Part shown: positions 20,165 through 29,260 of the stretch, piece after piece | Numbering within the stretch: the stretch's first letter is position 1 | Layout of the letters: each line of letters starts with the position of its first letter | IMG/VR virus record: IMGVR_UViG_3300032046_000001 | Span: 186,001-250,000 of that record | Direction: 5' to 3' (one strand) | Length of the DNA stretch: 64,000 nt | Program-made: the position numbers and the translations under genes | The notes under the pieces: generated by a model | Told to the model about the DNA's origin: nothing | The model's database searches: none | What the model saw: the letters and a program-made list of their open reading frames with translations, nothing else

Positions 20165-20174
20165 TATTTTCCTT

Positions 20175-20577
20175 TTAGTAATTTACATTCTTCTTTGGGG
20201 TGACATCAGAATAATAACTTTCCTCAATATATTCAACATCACCATAAATTCCCAATAACATTAATAAATTTTCAATTCTTTTTATTAAATCATCTTCTGT
20301 TTCACCAGTTTCTTTATCGTATGATGATAAACCAATAACTACTTCATGTTCATTCTGAAGATATTTTAACTCCAATTTTCTACATTCACCTTTAAGATCA
20401 TTAAGCTGAGCTTGAAGATCTAATTTATACTCTTCAAATGTCCCAGTATACCTGGAAAATTTAAATAAGTTTTTGATAATACTCTCGTTTAATCCGTCAC
20501 GAATAAACACATAGGTGCCCCCAAACACAAAATGAAGTGCTACTACTATTCGTTACAAAACCCAATTTAATTTTCAT
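20175..20577 (-). pseudogene. VTNSSS-motif family protein #7, split by a +1 frameshift in a G5 run
   Basis: ATG 20577 gives MKIKLGFVTNSSSTSFCVWG; removing one G at 20518-20522 continues WGTY... as in paralog #10; span is 403 nt = 3n+1. Confidence 0.75.
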
Positions 20578-21014
20578 TCGTACCACTCCTTATCAATATA
20601 TTCGATTTTATTACAAAATTCTTTAAAATCAACAGCATTGGTTTCTTTAAACATTAATTCAAAGATCTCTTTGATTATATTTATATCACTGGAACAATCT
20701 TCATATATATATTCTCCGGTTCTACAATTATATTGTCCTCTGGCATACAAACCGATAAAAATTTCTTCAGTTTCACAACAATAACGAGCAATTAATTTGT
20801 GATCTTCAATAAAATCATAAAAAATCTCATTTATAGTACTAAGTACGAATTCTTCAAAACATTCAATCTTTCTCATATTATGATATCTATCTGATTTTTT
20901 AAAATAATCATATATTGGATGCCATAGACTTTCGGGAACATATTTAATCTTGATACCATAACCAGTGAATGATGTACTACTACTATTAGTTACGAAATCA
21001 AATTTTATTTTCAT
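20574..21014 (-). CDS. VTNSSS-motif family protein #8
   Basis: MKIKFDFVTNSSSTSFTGYG; ATGA overlap at 21011-21014; close duplicate of #9. Confidence 0.8.
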   Translation of the reverse strand: MKIKFDFVTNSSSTSFTGYGIKIKYVPESLWHPIYDYFKKSDRYHNMRKIECFEEFVLSTINEIFYDFIEDHKLIARYCCETEEIFIGLYARGQYNCRTGEYIYEDCSSDINIIKEIFELMFKETNAVDFKEFCNKIEYIDKEWYE

Positions 21015-21457
21015 TGATACCATTCCTTATCAATAAATTCAATTTTTTCGATCATTTCATTAAAATCAACAATTGCGGTTTCTGAAAATAGTACTTTAAA
21101 AATTTCTTTTACTTTTTCTGGATTTCTGGTTGATTCATCATAAATATATTTTTTTATTTTGACATCATAATGTCCTCGTTCTTTTATACCAATAAAAAAT
21201 ACACTTTCTTCTTGACAGTATTTAATATTTAAATTAAAATCTTCAATAAAATCTTGAAATACTCCACCAATACGACCGTTCAAAACAAATTCTTCAAAAT
21301 TCATATCTTCCATATCATAATTATTTTCTTCATTATGCGCCTTGGCATAGTTGTATAGAAGATGCCATAATCTCTCAGGAATATTTTTTAATTTGATACC
21401 ATATCCCGTGAATGATGTACTACTACTGTTTGTAACATAATCAAATTTAATTTTCAT
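21011..21457 (-). CDS. VTNSSS-motif family protein #9
   Basis: MKIKFDYVTNSSSTSFTGYG. Confidence 0.8.
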   Translation of the reverse strand: MKIKFDYVTNSSSTSFTGYGIKLKNIPERLWHLLYNYAKAHNEENNYDMEDMNFEEFVLNGRIGGVFQDFIEDFNLNIKYCQEESVFFIGIKERGHYDVKIKKYIYDESTRNPEKVKEIFKVLFSETAIVDFNEMIEKIEFIDKEWYQ

Positions 21458-21816
21458 ATAATTTCCCCATATGACTCGAATTTCCTTTCTCTCAACAGAT
21501 CAAAATCAACAAATTCAAGTTTAATAACATCTAAAAAACAATCCCATGCATCTAACTCTGATATAAAATCTTTTTGTACCATTGTATCGTCGTTTCCTGA
21601 AACAACAACAATAAATATTGAACTTCCATCCATGTCGTGACTTCTATTAAAACTGACTTCTACATAATCATGAATAATTTCTCTAACAACTTCATTATTA
21701 CAATATTCAGTAAATATTTTGACTTTAAAGTTTGGACACCATTCATCATGGGTTCTTTTAAGAACAGTAATATGTTGTGGAACTGATCGTTTATAACAAC
21801 CATTTTCATCTTTCAT
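21454..21816 (-). CDS. Hypothetical protein (paralog of 22228-22530)
   Basis: AGGAG SD before ATG 21816; C-terminal SG.DD...DF.SE.DA.DCF..(V/I)I.L.F shared with the paralog. Confidence 0.6.
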   Translation of the reverse strand: MKDENGCYKRSVPQHITVLKRTHDEWCPNFKVKIFTEYCNNEVVREIIHDYVEVSFNRSHDMDGSSIFIVVVSGNDDTMVQKDFISELDAWDCFLDVIKLEFVDFDLLRERKFESYGEII

Positions 21817-21820
21817 ACTT

Positions 21821-22024
21821 TTAATCAAACTCCTTATATAAATCTGATTTCCAATGATTTGGAATTGTTGATTGGGAAATATTAATAATCCCGCCACAAA
21901 CTTTACATATGATGTAGTCACCACTGAATTCTACAACATGGATATCATCTTTATATACACCAAGAACACTCTTACAGAATGGACAACTTTTTCTAATAAA
22001 ATCGTTATTTATTATAACATCCAT
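21821..22024 (-). CDS. Small zinc-ribbon protein
   Basis: CPFC...CKVC. Confidence 0.6.
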   Translation of the reverse strand: MDVIINNDFIRKSCPFCKSVLGVYKDDIHVVEFSGDYIICKVCGGIINISQSTIPNHWKSDLYKEFD

Positions 22025-22033
22025 ATCTATCTC

Positions 22034-22240
22034 CTATACAGATTTATATCGAGGATTCCTTTTTAAATTAATATGTCTTATACCAATTCGTTTCTTATGT
22101 TTTTCTATGTTAGCAGTATATGCAAGTACCATCTTTCTAAAATTTTCGGGATCTGTTAAGTCAACGAGTGGCATTTTCTCATATTTTTCTCTCAAATCAT
22201 CCATTATTTTTTTCTTTTCTTCTTCTGTCATTTTATACAC
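22034..22240 (-). CDS. Hypothetical protein
   Basis: ORF in a tightly packed operon. Confidence 0.55.
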   Translation of the reverse strand: MYKMTEEEKKKIMDDLREKYEKMPLVDLTDPENFRKMVLAYTANIEKHKKRIGIRHINLKRNPRYKSV

Positions 22241-22530
22241 ACCTTCAAAAAATTCATTTTTTCGAGATCTTTAAAATTTATAAATTTTAATTGAATTATA
22301 TTCATAAAACAATCTTTCGCGTCGGATTCTGTATCAAAATCATGCAACATTTTAATACCGTTACAACCGCCACCAGAAATAAATATTCTGAATTTTGGTT
22401 GATATGCAAACTCTCCCGTCAATAATTCTATAAGTTGTATCATAACTAATCCAAAATAACTTGATCGCCAATCATCACTCGTTGATTTAAATACTTCTAT
22501 ATATAATTTTTCACTCAATCTTCTGACCAT
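22228..22530 (-). CDS. Hypothetical protein (paralog of 21454-21816)
   Basis: HDFDTESDAKDCFMNIIQLKF. Confidence 0.6.
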   Translation of the reverse strand: MVRRLSEKLYIEVFKSTSDDWRSSYFGLVMIQLIELLTGEFAYQPKFRIFISGGGCNGIKMLHDFDTESDAKDCFMNIIQLKFINFKDLEKMNFLKVCIK

Positions 22531-22868
22531 CTATCTCTATGCTGAATTACAGCACTGTTTTCATCATCTTCTTCAAATAATTTTATTTCATCTCTAATAT
22601 ACCATTCATTAATAGTTATTATCTTATATTCAAACCATACTTTGCTTTGATACCAATCACAGTATATAAAATTAGATGCGAAAAATTCTATTCCATTAAT
22701 TTGAAATTCCCATTCATGAATAAAATTTGTACTGTCGCCTTTTTCCCAATAACCTTCGTCTATTATCTGTTGAAGTACAGGGTCTAATATATTTCTAATC
22801 TGTTGTTCAGATTTAGCAGTAATCCTATATATGTGGTCATTTGGACAAAGTATAATATATTTATTCAT
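22515..22868 (-). CDS. Hypothetical protein, 'TLxEWF' paralog family
   Basis: IYRITAKSEQQIR...YKIITINEWY. Confidence 0.65.
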   Translation of the reverse strand: MNKYIILCPNDHIYRITAKSEQQIRNILDPVLQQIIDEGYWEKGDSTNFIHEWEFQINGIEFFASNFIYCDWYQSKVWFEYKIITINEWYIRDEIKLFEEDDENSAVIQHRDRWSED

Positions 22869-23251
22869 CTATCCTCCCAAGAAGTTAATATAAATTCTGG
22901 TTCTTTGTTAATACCGATGATTTTTAATTTTTCTTTAATTTCATTTTTGAATTCATCCAGAGTTTGATCACCTCTCATTTTCTCAGGACTTCTTCCAAAT
23001 ATAATATACGATGTGCTAAACATATCACCTTTTTCTATAAAATCAAAATTATTATTACGACAAAATTCTCTAATATCATCATATTGACTATTTTTATTTT
23101 TAAAATATAATTCTATATTACCAATTCCACCCACATATTTATATAATTTTTCTGCGATATCTTTAGTGATATCGCAGAAATCAAGATATGTTCCCCATAC
23201 ACAAAAAGAGACTGAACTACTATTCGTAACAAACGATGTTTTTATTTTCAT
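22865..23251 (-). CDS. VTNSSS-motif family protein #10
   Basis: MKIKTSFVTNSSSVSFCVWGTY; GRSPEKMRGDQTLDEFK. Confidence 0.8.
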   Translation of the reverse strand: MKIKTSFVTNSSSVSFCVWGTYLDFCDITKDIAEKLYKYVGGIGNIELYFKNKNSQYDDIREFCRNNNFDFIEKGDMFSTSYIIFGRSPEKMRGDQTLDEFKNEIKEKLKIIGINKEPEFILTSWEDR

Positions 23252-23413
23252 TCTACACTATCCCACAACTTTTTAATCTGATCCTGTTCTTCTAAAGTAG
23301 ATTTCTTTTTAAATTGAAACCAACCAAATGTTTTTTCAAATAATTCCCATGTTGGTTCAAATCCAGCTTTTCTAATTTCATTTTTTAATTTTTTATTACC
23401 GTTTTGGTTTCAT
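23248..23413 (-). pseudogene. Small gene with an apparent +1 frameshift in its first five codons
   Basis: ATG directly follows the upstream TAA; the +1 frame is open to a TGA overlapping the next ATG; span 166 nt = 3n+1. Confidence 0.5.
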
Positions 23414-23752
23414 TTAATATCCAGGATCGAGATCAACATAATAATCAATCTCTGTATTATCAAATCCAATTTGTTTTAATTTATTTTTTATTTTTTCTTT
23501 AAATTCACGAAGAGTTTGATCTTCTTCCATATCACATGGATGTAAACCTATAAATATATTATCAATTTCATCTTTATGATATATCAACCCAAATGATTTA
23601 CATAATTCTTCAAGTTCATCATAAAATAATACTGAATATTTTTTATAGTCATCAATAGTTTTAAATATTTGATATTCACTATTAAATAATATTTCTAAAG
23701 TTTTACTTGGAAGATCTCTTTTGGATGTTTCAATTCCCCAAATTGTCAACAT
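23414..23752 (-). CDS. VTNSSS-family homolog lacking the N-terminal motif
   Basis: Starts MLTIWG; keeps IGLHP.DMEEDQTLREFK...L..IGF. Confidence 0.7.
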   Translation of the reverse strand: MLTIWGIETSKRDLPSKTLEILFNSEYQIFKTIDDYKKYSVLFYDELEELCKSFGLIYHKDEIDNIFIGLHPCDMEEDQTLREFKEKIKNKLKQIGFDNTEIDYYVDLDPGY

Positions 23753-24162
23753 TGAATTATTCCATTACAAAATTCGATTTGATCTGCCCAAAATACACAA
23801 TCCTTTTTTGGTATAAGTCCTGTTTTATTAATTTCATCAACAATTCGTATCTTAAAATCTTTTAAAGTTTCATTATCTTTCATCTTATCTGGACTCATAC
23901 CAACTATCTTTTCACCATCGTCTGTGTATATAATTTCGAGAACATCTTCCAATTTTTCCATTATATAATTAAAACAATCATAATCTTCCATGAAATATTC
24001 ACGAGTGATTGGTTTTGATCGTGTTGAATTGTAACCTCTATCATATTCTTCCCACGCCTTCTGTTTCATTTCTTCAGTAATATTATCTCTTGTTATAACA
24101 ACACCCCAAAGACAATAAGCGCAACTACTACTATTTGTTACGAAACCCAATTTTACTTTCAT
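23746..24162 (-). CDS. VTNSSS-motif family protein #11
   Basis: MKVKLGFVTNSSSCAYCLWG; VGMSPDKMKDNETLKDFK. Confidence 0.8.
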   Translation of the reverse strand: MKVKLGFVTNSSSCAYCLWGVVITRDNITEEMKQKAWEEYDRGYNSTRSKPITREYFMEDYDCFNYIMEKLEDVLEIIYTDDGEKIVGMSPDKMKDNETLKDFKIRIVDEINKTGLIPKKDCVFWADQIEFCNGIIQC

Positions 24163-24657
24163 GTATTTATTTCCTCACATATTGAATCCAAACGTATAGA
24201 ATCTTTATCAAAACCAGCTTCAATAAACGCTGTCTTAATTGATTCTTTATAATCTTTTAAAGTTTCATCTTCCTTCATACTGAATGGGGATTTTCCAATA
24301 AGTACTAACTCACATTCATGAGAAAAAATAACATCAAGTCCATGATCGCATAAATAACGAATTATATATTCTGTGAAATTATAATCAAATTCTCTTACTT
24401 TTCTACGAAAAAAATCATAAGTTACTTTTTTTGATTCTATTGGATGACCTGTACTATAATAATTATATGTCTCACGATAAAAAACCACCATCTTTATTAT
24501 TATCCAAGTAATATTGATAAGATCTTCTTAGTACTTCTTCTGGTAAATAATCTGGTGTAATTCCATTATCATCACAATCTTTAGCATGAAACTCCATTCC
24601 CCACACACAAAATGAAGTGCTACTACTGTTTGTAACAAAACCTAATTTTATTTTCAT
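24159..24657 (-). pseudogene. VTNSSS-motif family protein #12, split by a +1 frameshift in a T6 run
   Basis: 5' part MKIKLGFVTNSSSTSFCVWG; 3' part carries IGKSPFSMKEDETLKDYK; deleting one T at 24479-24484 joins them; span 499 nt = 3n+1. Confidence 0.75.
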
Positions 24658-24863
24658 ATCTCGAAATAATACTCCTCATTTATTTTAATATCTGGACCAC
24701 TATCGTGGCAACCTTCAAATACGAAATTACCCTTATTTGTCTTAATTACTAATCGATATGAACAATACTGTCCGATATAATCTCCTTCTTGAACATCATC
24801 ATCATCATAAATATTTATTTCTTCGATTATTGCGCCATTGAGATTTTTGGGTATTAATTTCAT
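24654..24863 (-). CDS. Hypothetical protein
   Basis: GGAG SD; ATGA overlap with the downstream gene. Confidence 0.6.
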   Translation of the reverse strand: MKLIPKNLNGAIIEEINIYDDDDVQEGDYIGQYCSYRLVIKTNKGNFVFEGCHDSGPDIKINEEYYFEI

Positions 24864-24887
24864 TTTATTTACTCTCCAAAAAAAATT

Positions 24888-24916
24888 AAGACCTCACCCA
24901 ATTTGAGTGAGGTCTT
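24888..24916 (-). terminator. Intrinsic terminator
   Basis: AAGACCTCAC / GTGAGGTCTT 10-bp stem; T tract follows on the - strand. Confidence 0.7.
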
Positions 24917-24921
24917 TTATA

Positions 24922-25302
24922 CTAACTAATCCAAACTTCATTGATAAGATATGGTTCTTGAGTAAATCCGAGTTCTTTTAACTCATTTTGGATTCTATTT
25001 TTTAATTCTCCAAGTGTCATATCATTTTTCAAATAGTCTGGACCTAATCCCAAACAATAGGTAAAACCTCTTTGTATACAACGTAAATTTAAATTTGAAA
25101 AACTTTCAAATTCACTTTGATAAAATTTATTATCTATATATTCACGATATCCGTTACAGATATTTGTAGAATTTATTCGGTTGTGTCTCTCATACATCTT
25201 AACAAGAACTTCATATGGTAATGATCGAACATCTACATAAATACCCCACATACAAACGCTATTTATAGTTATGGGTTGTTTAAAATGATACGTGTTATCC
25301 AC
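24922..25302 (-). CDS. VTNSSS-family homolog with a degenerate N-terminal motif
   Basis: ITINSVCMWG; LGLGPDYLKNDMTLGELK...LKELGF. Confidence 0.7.
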   Translation of the reverse strand: MDNTYHFKQPITINSVCMWGIYVDVRSLPYEVLVKMYERHNRINSTNICNGYREYIDNKFYQSEFESFSNLNLRCIQRGFTYCLGLGPDYLKNDMTLGELKNRIQNELKELGFTQEPYLINEVWIS

Positions 25303-26311
25303 AATTCTCCTCTATCGTTTCAGATATATCTTCCAATTGAAACGGACAACTTGTATTATGATTTCTCAAAAACTCACGACATCCAATAAATGATTCAGAT
25401 TCATTCCAAATCTTTTGAATTGGATTATCATCTGTTATTTGGACTCCGTGAGACGAATAGCAGGCGAATGAACAAGGAACAACCTTACCATCAGGAGTAA
25501 TATACATACTCGCTCTACTGGCCTCACAGGTATCTAAACAGACATCTTCTATACCTGTCAGTTCAGTTATCCTTTTAATCCGATTTACCAAACAAGAATC
25601 AACACCCATCTTGAATTGAGTTTTACCAGCTCTCAATTTATCGATAAATATTTTTATTTGATCATCACTTGGAATAAGATCATAACGATTCTTTGATCTT
25701 CCTTGCGGTTTGAATAACAAAAATACAACAGCATTCAATTTGGAAATATCAAACTGACCATTCCAAATATCTTCACCATCTAATAACCGACACGCTCTTT
25801 CAAATCTCTCAGTTGAAAGAATGAAATGAATATTGGTCTTGATACCAGAGTCAATAAATCTGTTAATCGCGCTATAGGTGAATGGGCGATCATAATCCGA
25901 TACAGCACATGCTCCACATATTTTGGAGAGTTCAATTTGTCCATCAGTCAGACTATTACCCGATGTTGTATAATTTGGAACAACACCATTTGTTCTGGCA
26001 TATGAAATAATTTCTCCAAAATTTGGATGAAGATTGGGATCACCACGTCCACCAAGAGCGATTTGAGTGACGTGATTTTTAGCCTGATCGATAATTTTCT
26101 TAAATGTCTCTAATTCCATATGAGGTTGTTCATCATCTCCCTGATAACAAACAGGACATCGATTTAAACAATGTCCCATAATACCGATATCGAGGAGACT
26201 TGGAAAATCCAAACTGAATGGATCAGGATTTCCATTAACACCTTGTAAAATTTCAAATCCCGTTTCACTATTAAACATGATAACATATGTACTACCCTTA
26301 ATAATTTTCAT
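25295..26311 (-). CDS. Radical SAM protein with SPASM/Twitch-like C-terminus
   Basis: CxxxCxxC (CLNRCPVC), QIALGGRGDPNLHP, NYTTSG, CEASRASMYITPDGKVVPCSF. Confidence 0.92.
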   Translation of the reverse strand: MKIIKGSTYVIMFNSETGFEILQGVNGNPDPFSLDFPSLLDIGIMGHCLNRCPVCYQGDDEQPHMELETFKKIIDQAKNHVTQIALGGRGDPNLHPNFGEIISYARTNGVVPNYTTSGNSLTDGQIELSKICGACAVSDYDRPFTYSAINRFIDSGIKTNIHFILSTERFERACRLLDGEDIWNGQFDISKLNAVVFLLFKPQGRSKNRYDLIPSDDQIKIFIDKLRAGKTQFKMGVDSCLVNRIKRITELTGIEDVCLDTCEASRASMYITPDGKVVPCSFACYSSHGVQITDDNPIQKIWNESESFIGCREFLRNHNTSCPFQLEDISETIEENCG

Positions 26312-26837
26312 TGAATCGTTTTCTCCTCATATAATAAAGTTCTTCGAGATCCTTCTGCGGAATTCGTCTTACAAGTTTAATTTTTTTAGAAACAAGAACA
26401 AGATTTTTATATCCGTCTTTTCCAATTTCATATCCCTCGACTATTATCTCATCAATCTGGACTTTAAATGCCCAATACTTAGTTTCATCATCAAAATCAG
26501 TATTTATTAATTCAACTGGATAATTGTCTACTAATGAGTATAGATGTTTATATGAGTGAAAACCACTAAAATAAGTATCATTGGTTTTCACTTCATGTTC
26601 ATTCCATATGGTTATTTGACATTGAGGAAAATTAGTTCCATCATCATCGAGTTCTGAATTCATCCATTTATTGAGGGTATAACAATAAAAATAATCACCT
26701 CTGCGAAAGAGTCCAACGGCAGATCCAGAATACATACTATAGAATCCATACATATCTTCCTGAATTATTTTATAACCAAATGTGGCTTTCTTAGTAACTG
26801 GTTCATTATAAATATTTCGAATAATATGGAGACACAT
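26298..26837 (-). CDS. Hypothetical protein, 'YK...SGFHSY' paralog family
   Basis: MCLHII start; GYKII...YFSGFHSY...SKKIKLVRRI. Confidence 0.65.
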   Translation of the reverse strand: MCLHIIRNIYNEPVTKKATFGYKIIQEDMYGFYSMYSGSAVGLFRRGDYFYCYTLNKWMNSELDDDGTNFPQCQITIWNEHEVKTNDTYFSGFHSYKHLYSLVDNYPVELINTDFDDETKYWAFKVQIDEIIVEGYEIGKDGYKNLVLVSKKIKLVRRIPQKDLEELYYMRRKRFNENY

Positions 26838-26839
26838 AA

Positions 26840-27169
26840 CTAAAACATCGAATTCAAAAAGTTTATTAGAAAGTCTTGTCGATAACAATTAAATTTCAAA
26901 TTTACAATATCTGACAATGTTGATCTAAAAAGTTTGTTATAATCAATTTTTGATTCGTGATGAGATCTTGGATGATGATGATGATATTTTGCTTTATAAA
27001 CATCACTATATTGAACATTCACAGTATATGCGTTATTTACTGTATTATTGTTAGTTGCTTGAGTTGTAGTCGTGATATTATTATTAATTACAGGATCTAT
27101 TGGAGTATTATCTTCTGGTGGATTATTTTTCTCATTTTTAACATAACCAGGAACATGACTGATTTTCAT
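26840..27169 (-). CDS. Hypothetical low-complexity protein
   Basis: GGAGG SD; N/T-rich with an HHHH run. Confidence 0.5.
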   Translation of the reverse strand: MKISHVPGYVKNEKNNPPEDNTPIDPVINNNITTTTQATNNNTVNNAYTVNVQYSDVYKAKYHHHHPRSHHESKIDYNKLFRSTLSDIVNLKFNCYRQDFLINFLNSMF

Positions 27170-27177
27170 ATTTCCTC

Positions 27178-27660
27178 CTACATAAATTTTTTCAATTCTT
27201 CAGGTAATATTTTACGTATTAATTTAATTTTCTGGGAAACCGTAACTGTATGTAAAGTTCCATAATTCGGAAGTAATGCTGAACATTCTAATCTCTCACA
27301 TCCACGAGCAAGAATCTGTCCAGCCTCTACTTCATAAACTACGAAAAGTCCATGATTGTGAAGAATTTCATTTATGAGAAAATTTCGATGTATTTGATAT
27401 AAACTACTGAGAGTTAAATATGAATGAAAACCAGATTGATACTCTTTATCATCAGATGATCTAATCATGACTTTATTAAATTTATTACCTTTTACATCAA
27501 CCGTACAATCTAGTTCTTCTCCAATATTAAAATAGTATTCTCCAATCTGAATTGATGCATAATTAATTATATTTTCGTTATGAAATTGAAATATTTTATA
27601 TCGTTTCTGAGTTAAATCCAAGTGTGGACTATATGATTTTTCAAGTATTGTTAGACACAT
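27178..27660 (-). CDS. Hypothetical protein, 'YK...SGFHSY' paralog family
   Basis: MCLTIL start; RYKIFQ...YQSGFHSY...SQKIKLIRKI. Confidence 0.65.
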   Translation of the reverse strand: MCLTILEKSYSPHLDLTQKRYKIFQFHNENIINYASIQIGEYYFNIGEELDCTVDVKGNKFNKVMIRSSDDKEYQSGFHSYLTLSSLYQIHRNFLINEILHNHGLFVVYEVEAGQILARGCERLECSALLPNYGTLHTVTVSQKIKLIRKILPEELKKFM

Positions 27661-28641
27661 TTAATCTTCCTCATGATCTTCTAATATCTCATCAATTTCT
27701 TTATCTGATAATTTTTTATAAAGCTGTAATCTTGATGTTCGGATTTCACCGTCAGTCTCATATGGAACGACAATTCCAGGAAACCATTCCCGTCGAATAT
27801 AACATTCCCATATATCTTTTACTCCCCGACCATGTTTTGGATCTGTATTAGTTTTTATATAATTCGCTAACCACTTTTCAGATCCTACATATATGCCACA
27901 TCCATGATAATCGGTTCTATCTGGATTAACAATATCTGTTATGATCGAATCTTCTTTTATTATCCACTTTGGATTTGGTTTATGATAATCACCAAAGATC
28001 TTATATACAATAAGTCCAGACGCATCTTCACAAAAATTAGCATCTATATATTCAATAGGATCTAAAAATCCCGACGATCCTGAAAAATTAGTTCCAATTA
28101 AACTCACACGACGTAATCCAGATCTTATAAATCTCAGATTAGTCATTATGGCATTTTTTAATGTAGAATTTTCAAAAACGTTAAAAAGTATTTCAGACTC
28201 ATCCCAATCAGAATCATCTAAATCAACTTTATCAAATGAAACTGTATTTGGTTTTGATTTTTTAAAAATACATCCTCCCATTTTATTATTTCCGAATTTA
28301 CAGAGTAATAATTTACACGAATCAAATCTTGAATATTCCATATTACAGAAATTGAAACGAGTGTATTTCAAATCTGACTGACTAAAATTAGTATCATTTA
28401 TGTCACATCCAATGAATTCAACTTTGTCTAATTCGGTATGGGTGAATAAACATTTGTTGAGATTGCAGTTCTCAAATATCAACCCGCTAAGTTTCTTTCC
28501 AGCAAAATTAAATTGATCAAGATGAATGTTTTGAAAGCCATAAATAGTGTGACCACTTGAATTCCAGGATTCTGGATTATTCAAATAGTACTCTATTAAT
28601 CCGTGGGTTAACTTATTTCTTGAATACATAACATCGCTCAT
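27661..28641 (-). CDS. Pentapeptide-repeat protein with a C-terminal phage domain
   Basis: 5-residue periodic F/L repeats (FENCNLNKCLFTHTEL, FENSTLKNAIM); C-terminal YKIFG...GCGIYV...KIR-like segment. Confidence 0.8.
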   Translation of the reverse strand: MSDVMYSRNKLTHGLIEYYLNNPESWNSSGHTIYGFQNIHLDQFNFAGKKLSGLIFENCNLNKCLFTHTELDKVEFIGCDINDTNFSQSDLKYTRFNFCNMEYSRFDSCKLLLCKFGNNKMGGCIFKKSKPNTVSFDKVDLDDSDWDESEILFNVFENSTLKNAIMTNLRFIRSGLRRVSLIGTNFSGSSGFLDPIEYIDANFCEDASGLIVYKIFGDYHKPNPKWIIKEDSIITDIVNPDRTDYHGCGIYVGSEKWLANYIKTNTDPKHGRGVKDIWECYIRREWFPGIVVPYETDGEIRTSRLQLYKKLSDKEIDEILEDHEED

Positions 28642-28648
28642 AATTCAC

Positions 28649-28671
28649 CTCTCATATATTAATATATATAC
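28649..28671 (-). promoter_or_regulatory. Candidate phage promoter motif TATATATATTAATnnATGA(G/T)AG
   Basis: Same motif at 34624-34646 and 35784-35808, each upstream of - strand genes. Confidence 0.5.
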
Positions 28672-28889
28672 TCGAAACCACAATTCTTACAAATATATTT
28701 TATATTGAAACTCCAAAATTTTTTTGATTTTTTTAAATTTTTACTATCACAACTTGGACAATATCCGTTTCTTAAGAAACGTCTGATTTTACAATCTTGT
28801 ACACATTCTTCCAATTCTTTTTTATATAGAAAGTCATCGCGTTCTTTGTTCATTTTTAATAATATTTTTCTATATATAGATTTCCACAT
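28659..28889 (-). CDS. Small zinc-ribbon protein
   Basis: CPSC...CKNC. Confidence 0.55.
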   Translation of the reverse strand: MWKSIYRKILLKMNKERDDFLYKKELEECVQDCKIRRFLRNGYCPSCDSKNLKKSKKFWSFNIKYICKNCGFEYIY

Positions 28890-29074
28890 TTTTCACATTC
28901 ATGTGTGATATCATGATTTAAAAAATTTCTCTTTTTAATAATTCTCATTTTACCGCCACATTTTTGACAGACATTATAGCTTAGACAAAGTTGTCTAAAT
29001 TTTCTTTCTCTTTCTTCCTGTCTACGGCGTTCTTTAAGTTGTTTATATAATTCTTCATTTATCATATCAATCAA
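28856..29074 (-). CDS. Small zinc-ribbon protein (INEELYK family)
   Basis: MINEELYK...LCL...CQKC...CEKC. Confidence 0.65.
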   Translation of the reverse strand: MIDMINEELYKQLKERRRQEERERKFRQLCLSYNVCQKCGGKMRIIKKRNFLNHDITHECEKCGNLYIEKYY

Positions 29075-29252
29075 CCTTTATGTAATCACATTCTTCACAT
29101 CTAAAATTACCACTGACTTCAAGTGGGATTAATGGACTACCACAAACAGGACAAACTTTATTTTTTAGACATAATTTTATATATTTTTTTTCTTTCTTTT
29201 CAGTTTTCTCTTTCTCAATTAAATTTTTGTAGAGTTCTTCATTGATTACCAT
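29067..29252 (-). CDS. Small zinc-ribbon protein (INEELYK family)
   Basis: MVINEELYK...LCL...CPVC...CEEC. Confidence 0.65.
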   Translation of the reverse strand: MVINEELYKNLIEKEKTEKKEKKYIKLCLKNKVCPVCGSPLIPLEVSGNFRCEECDYIKVD

Positions 29253-29260
29253 ATATTTAT

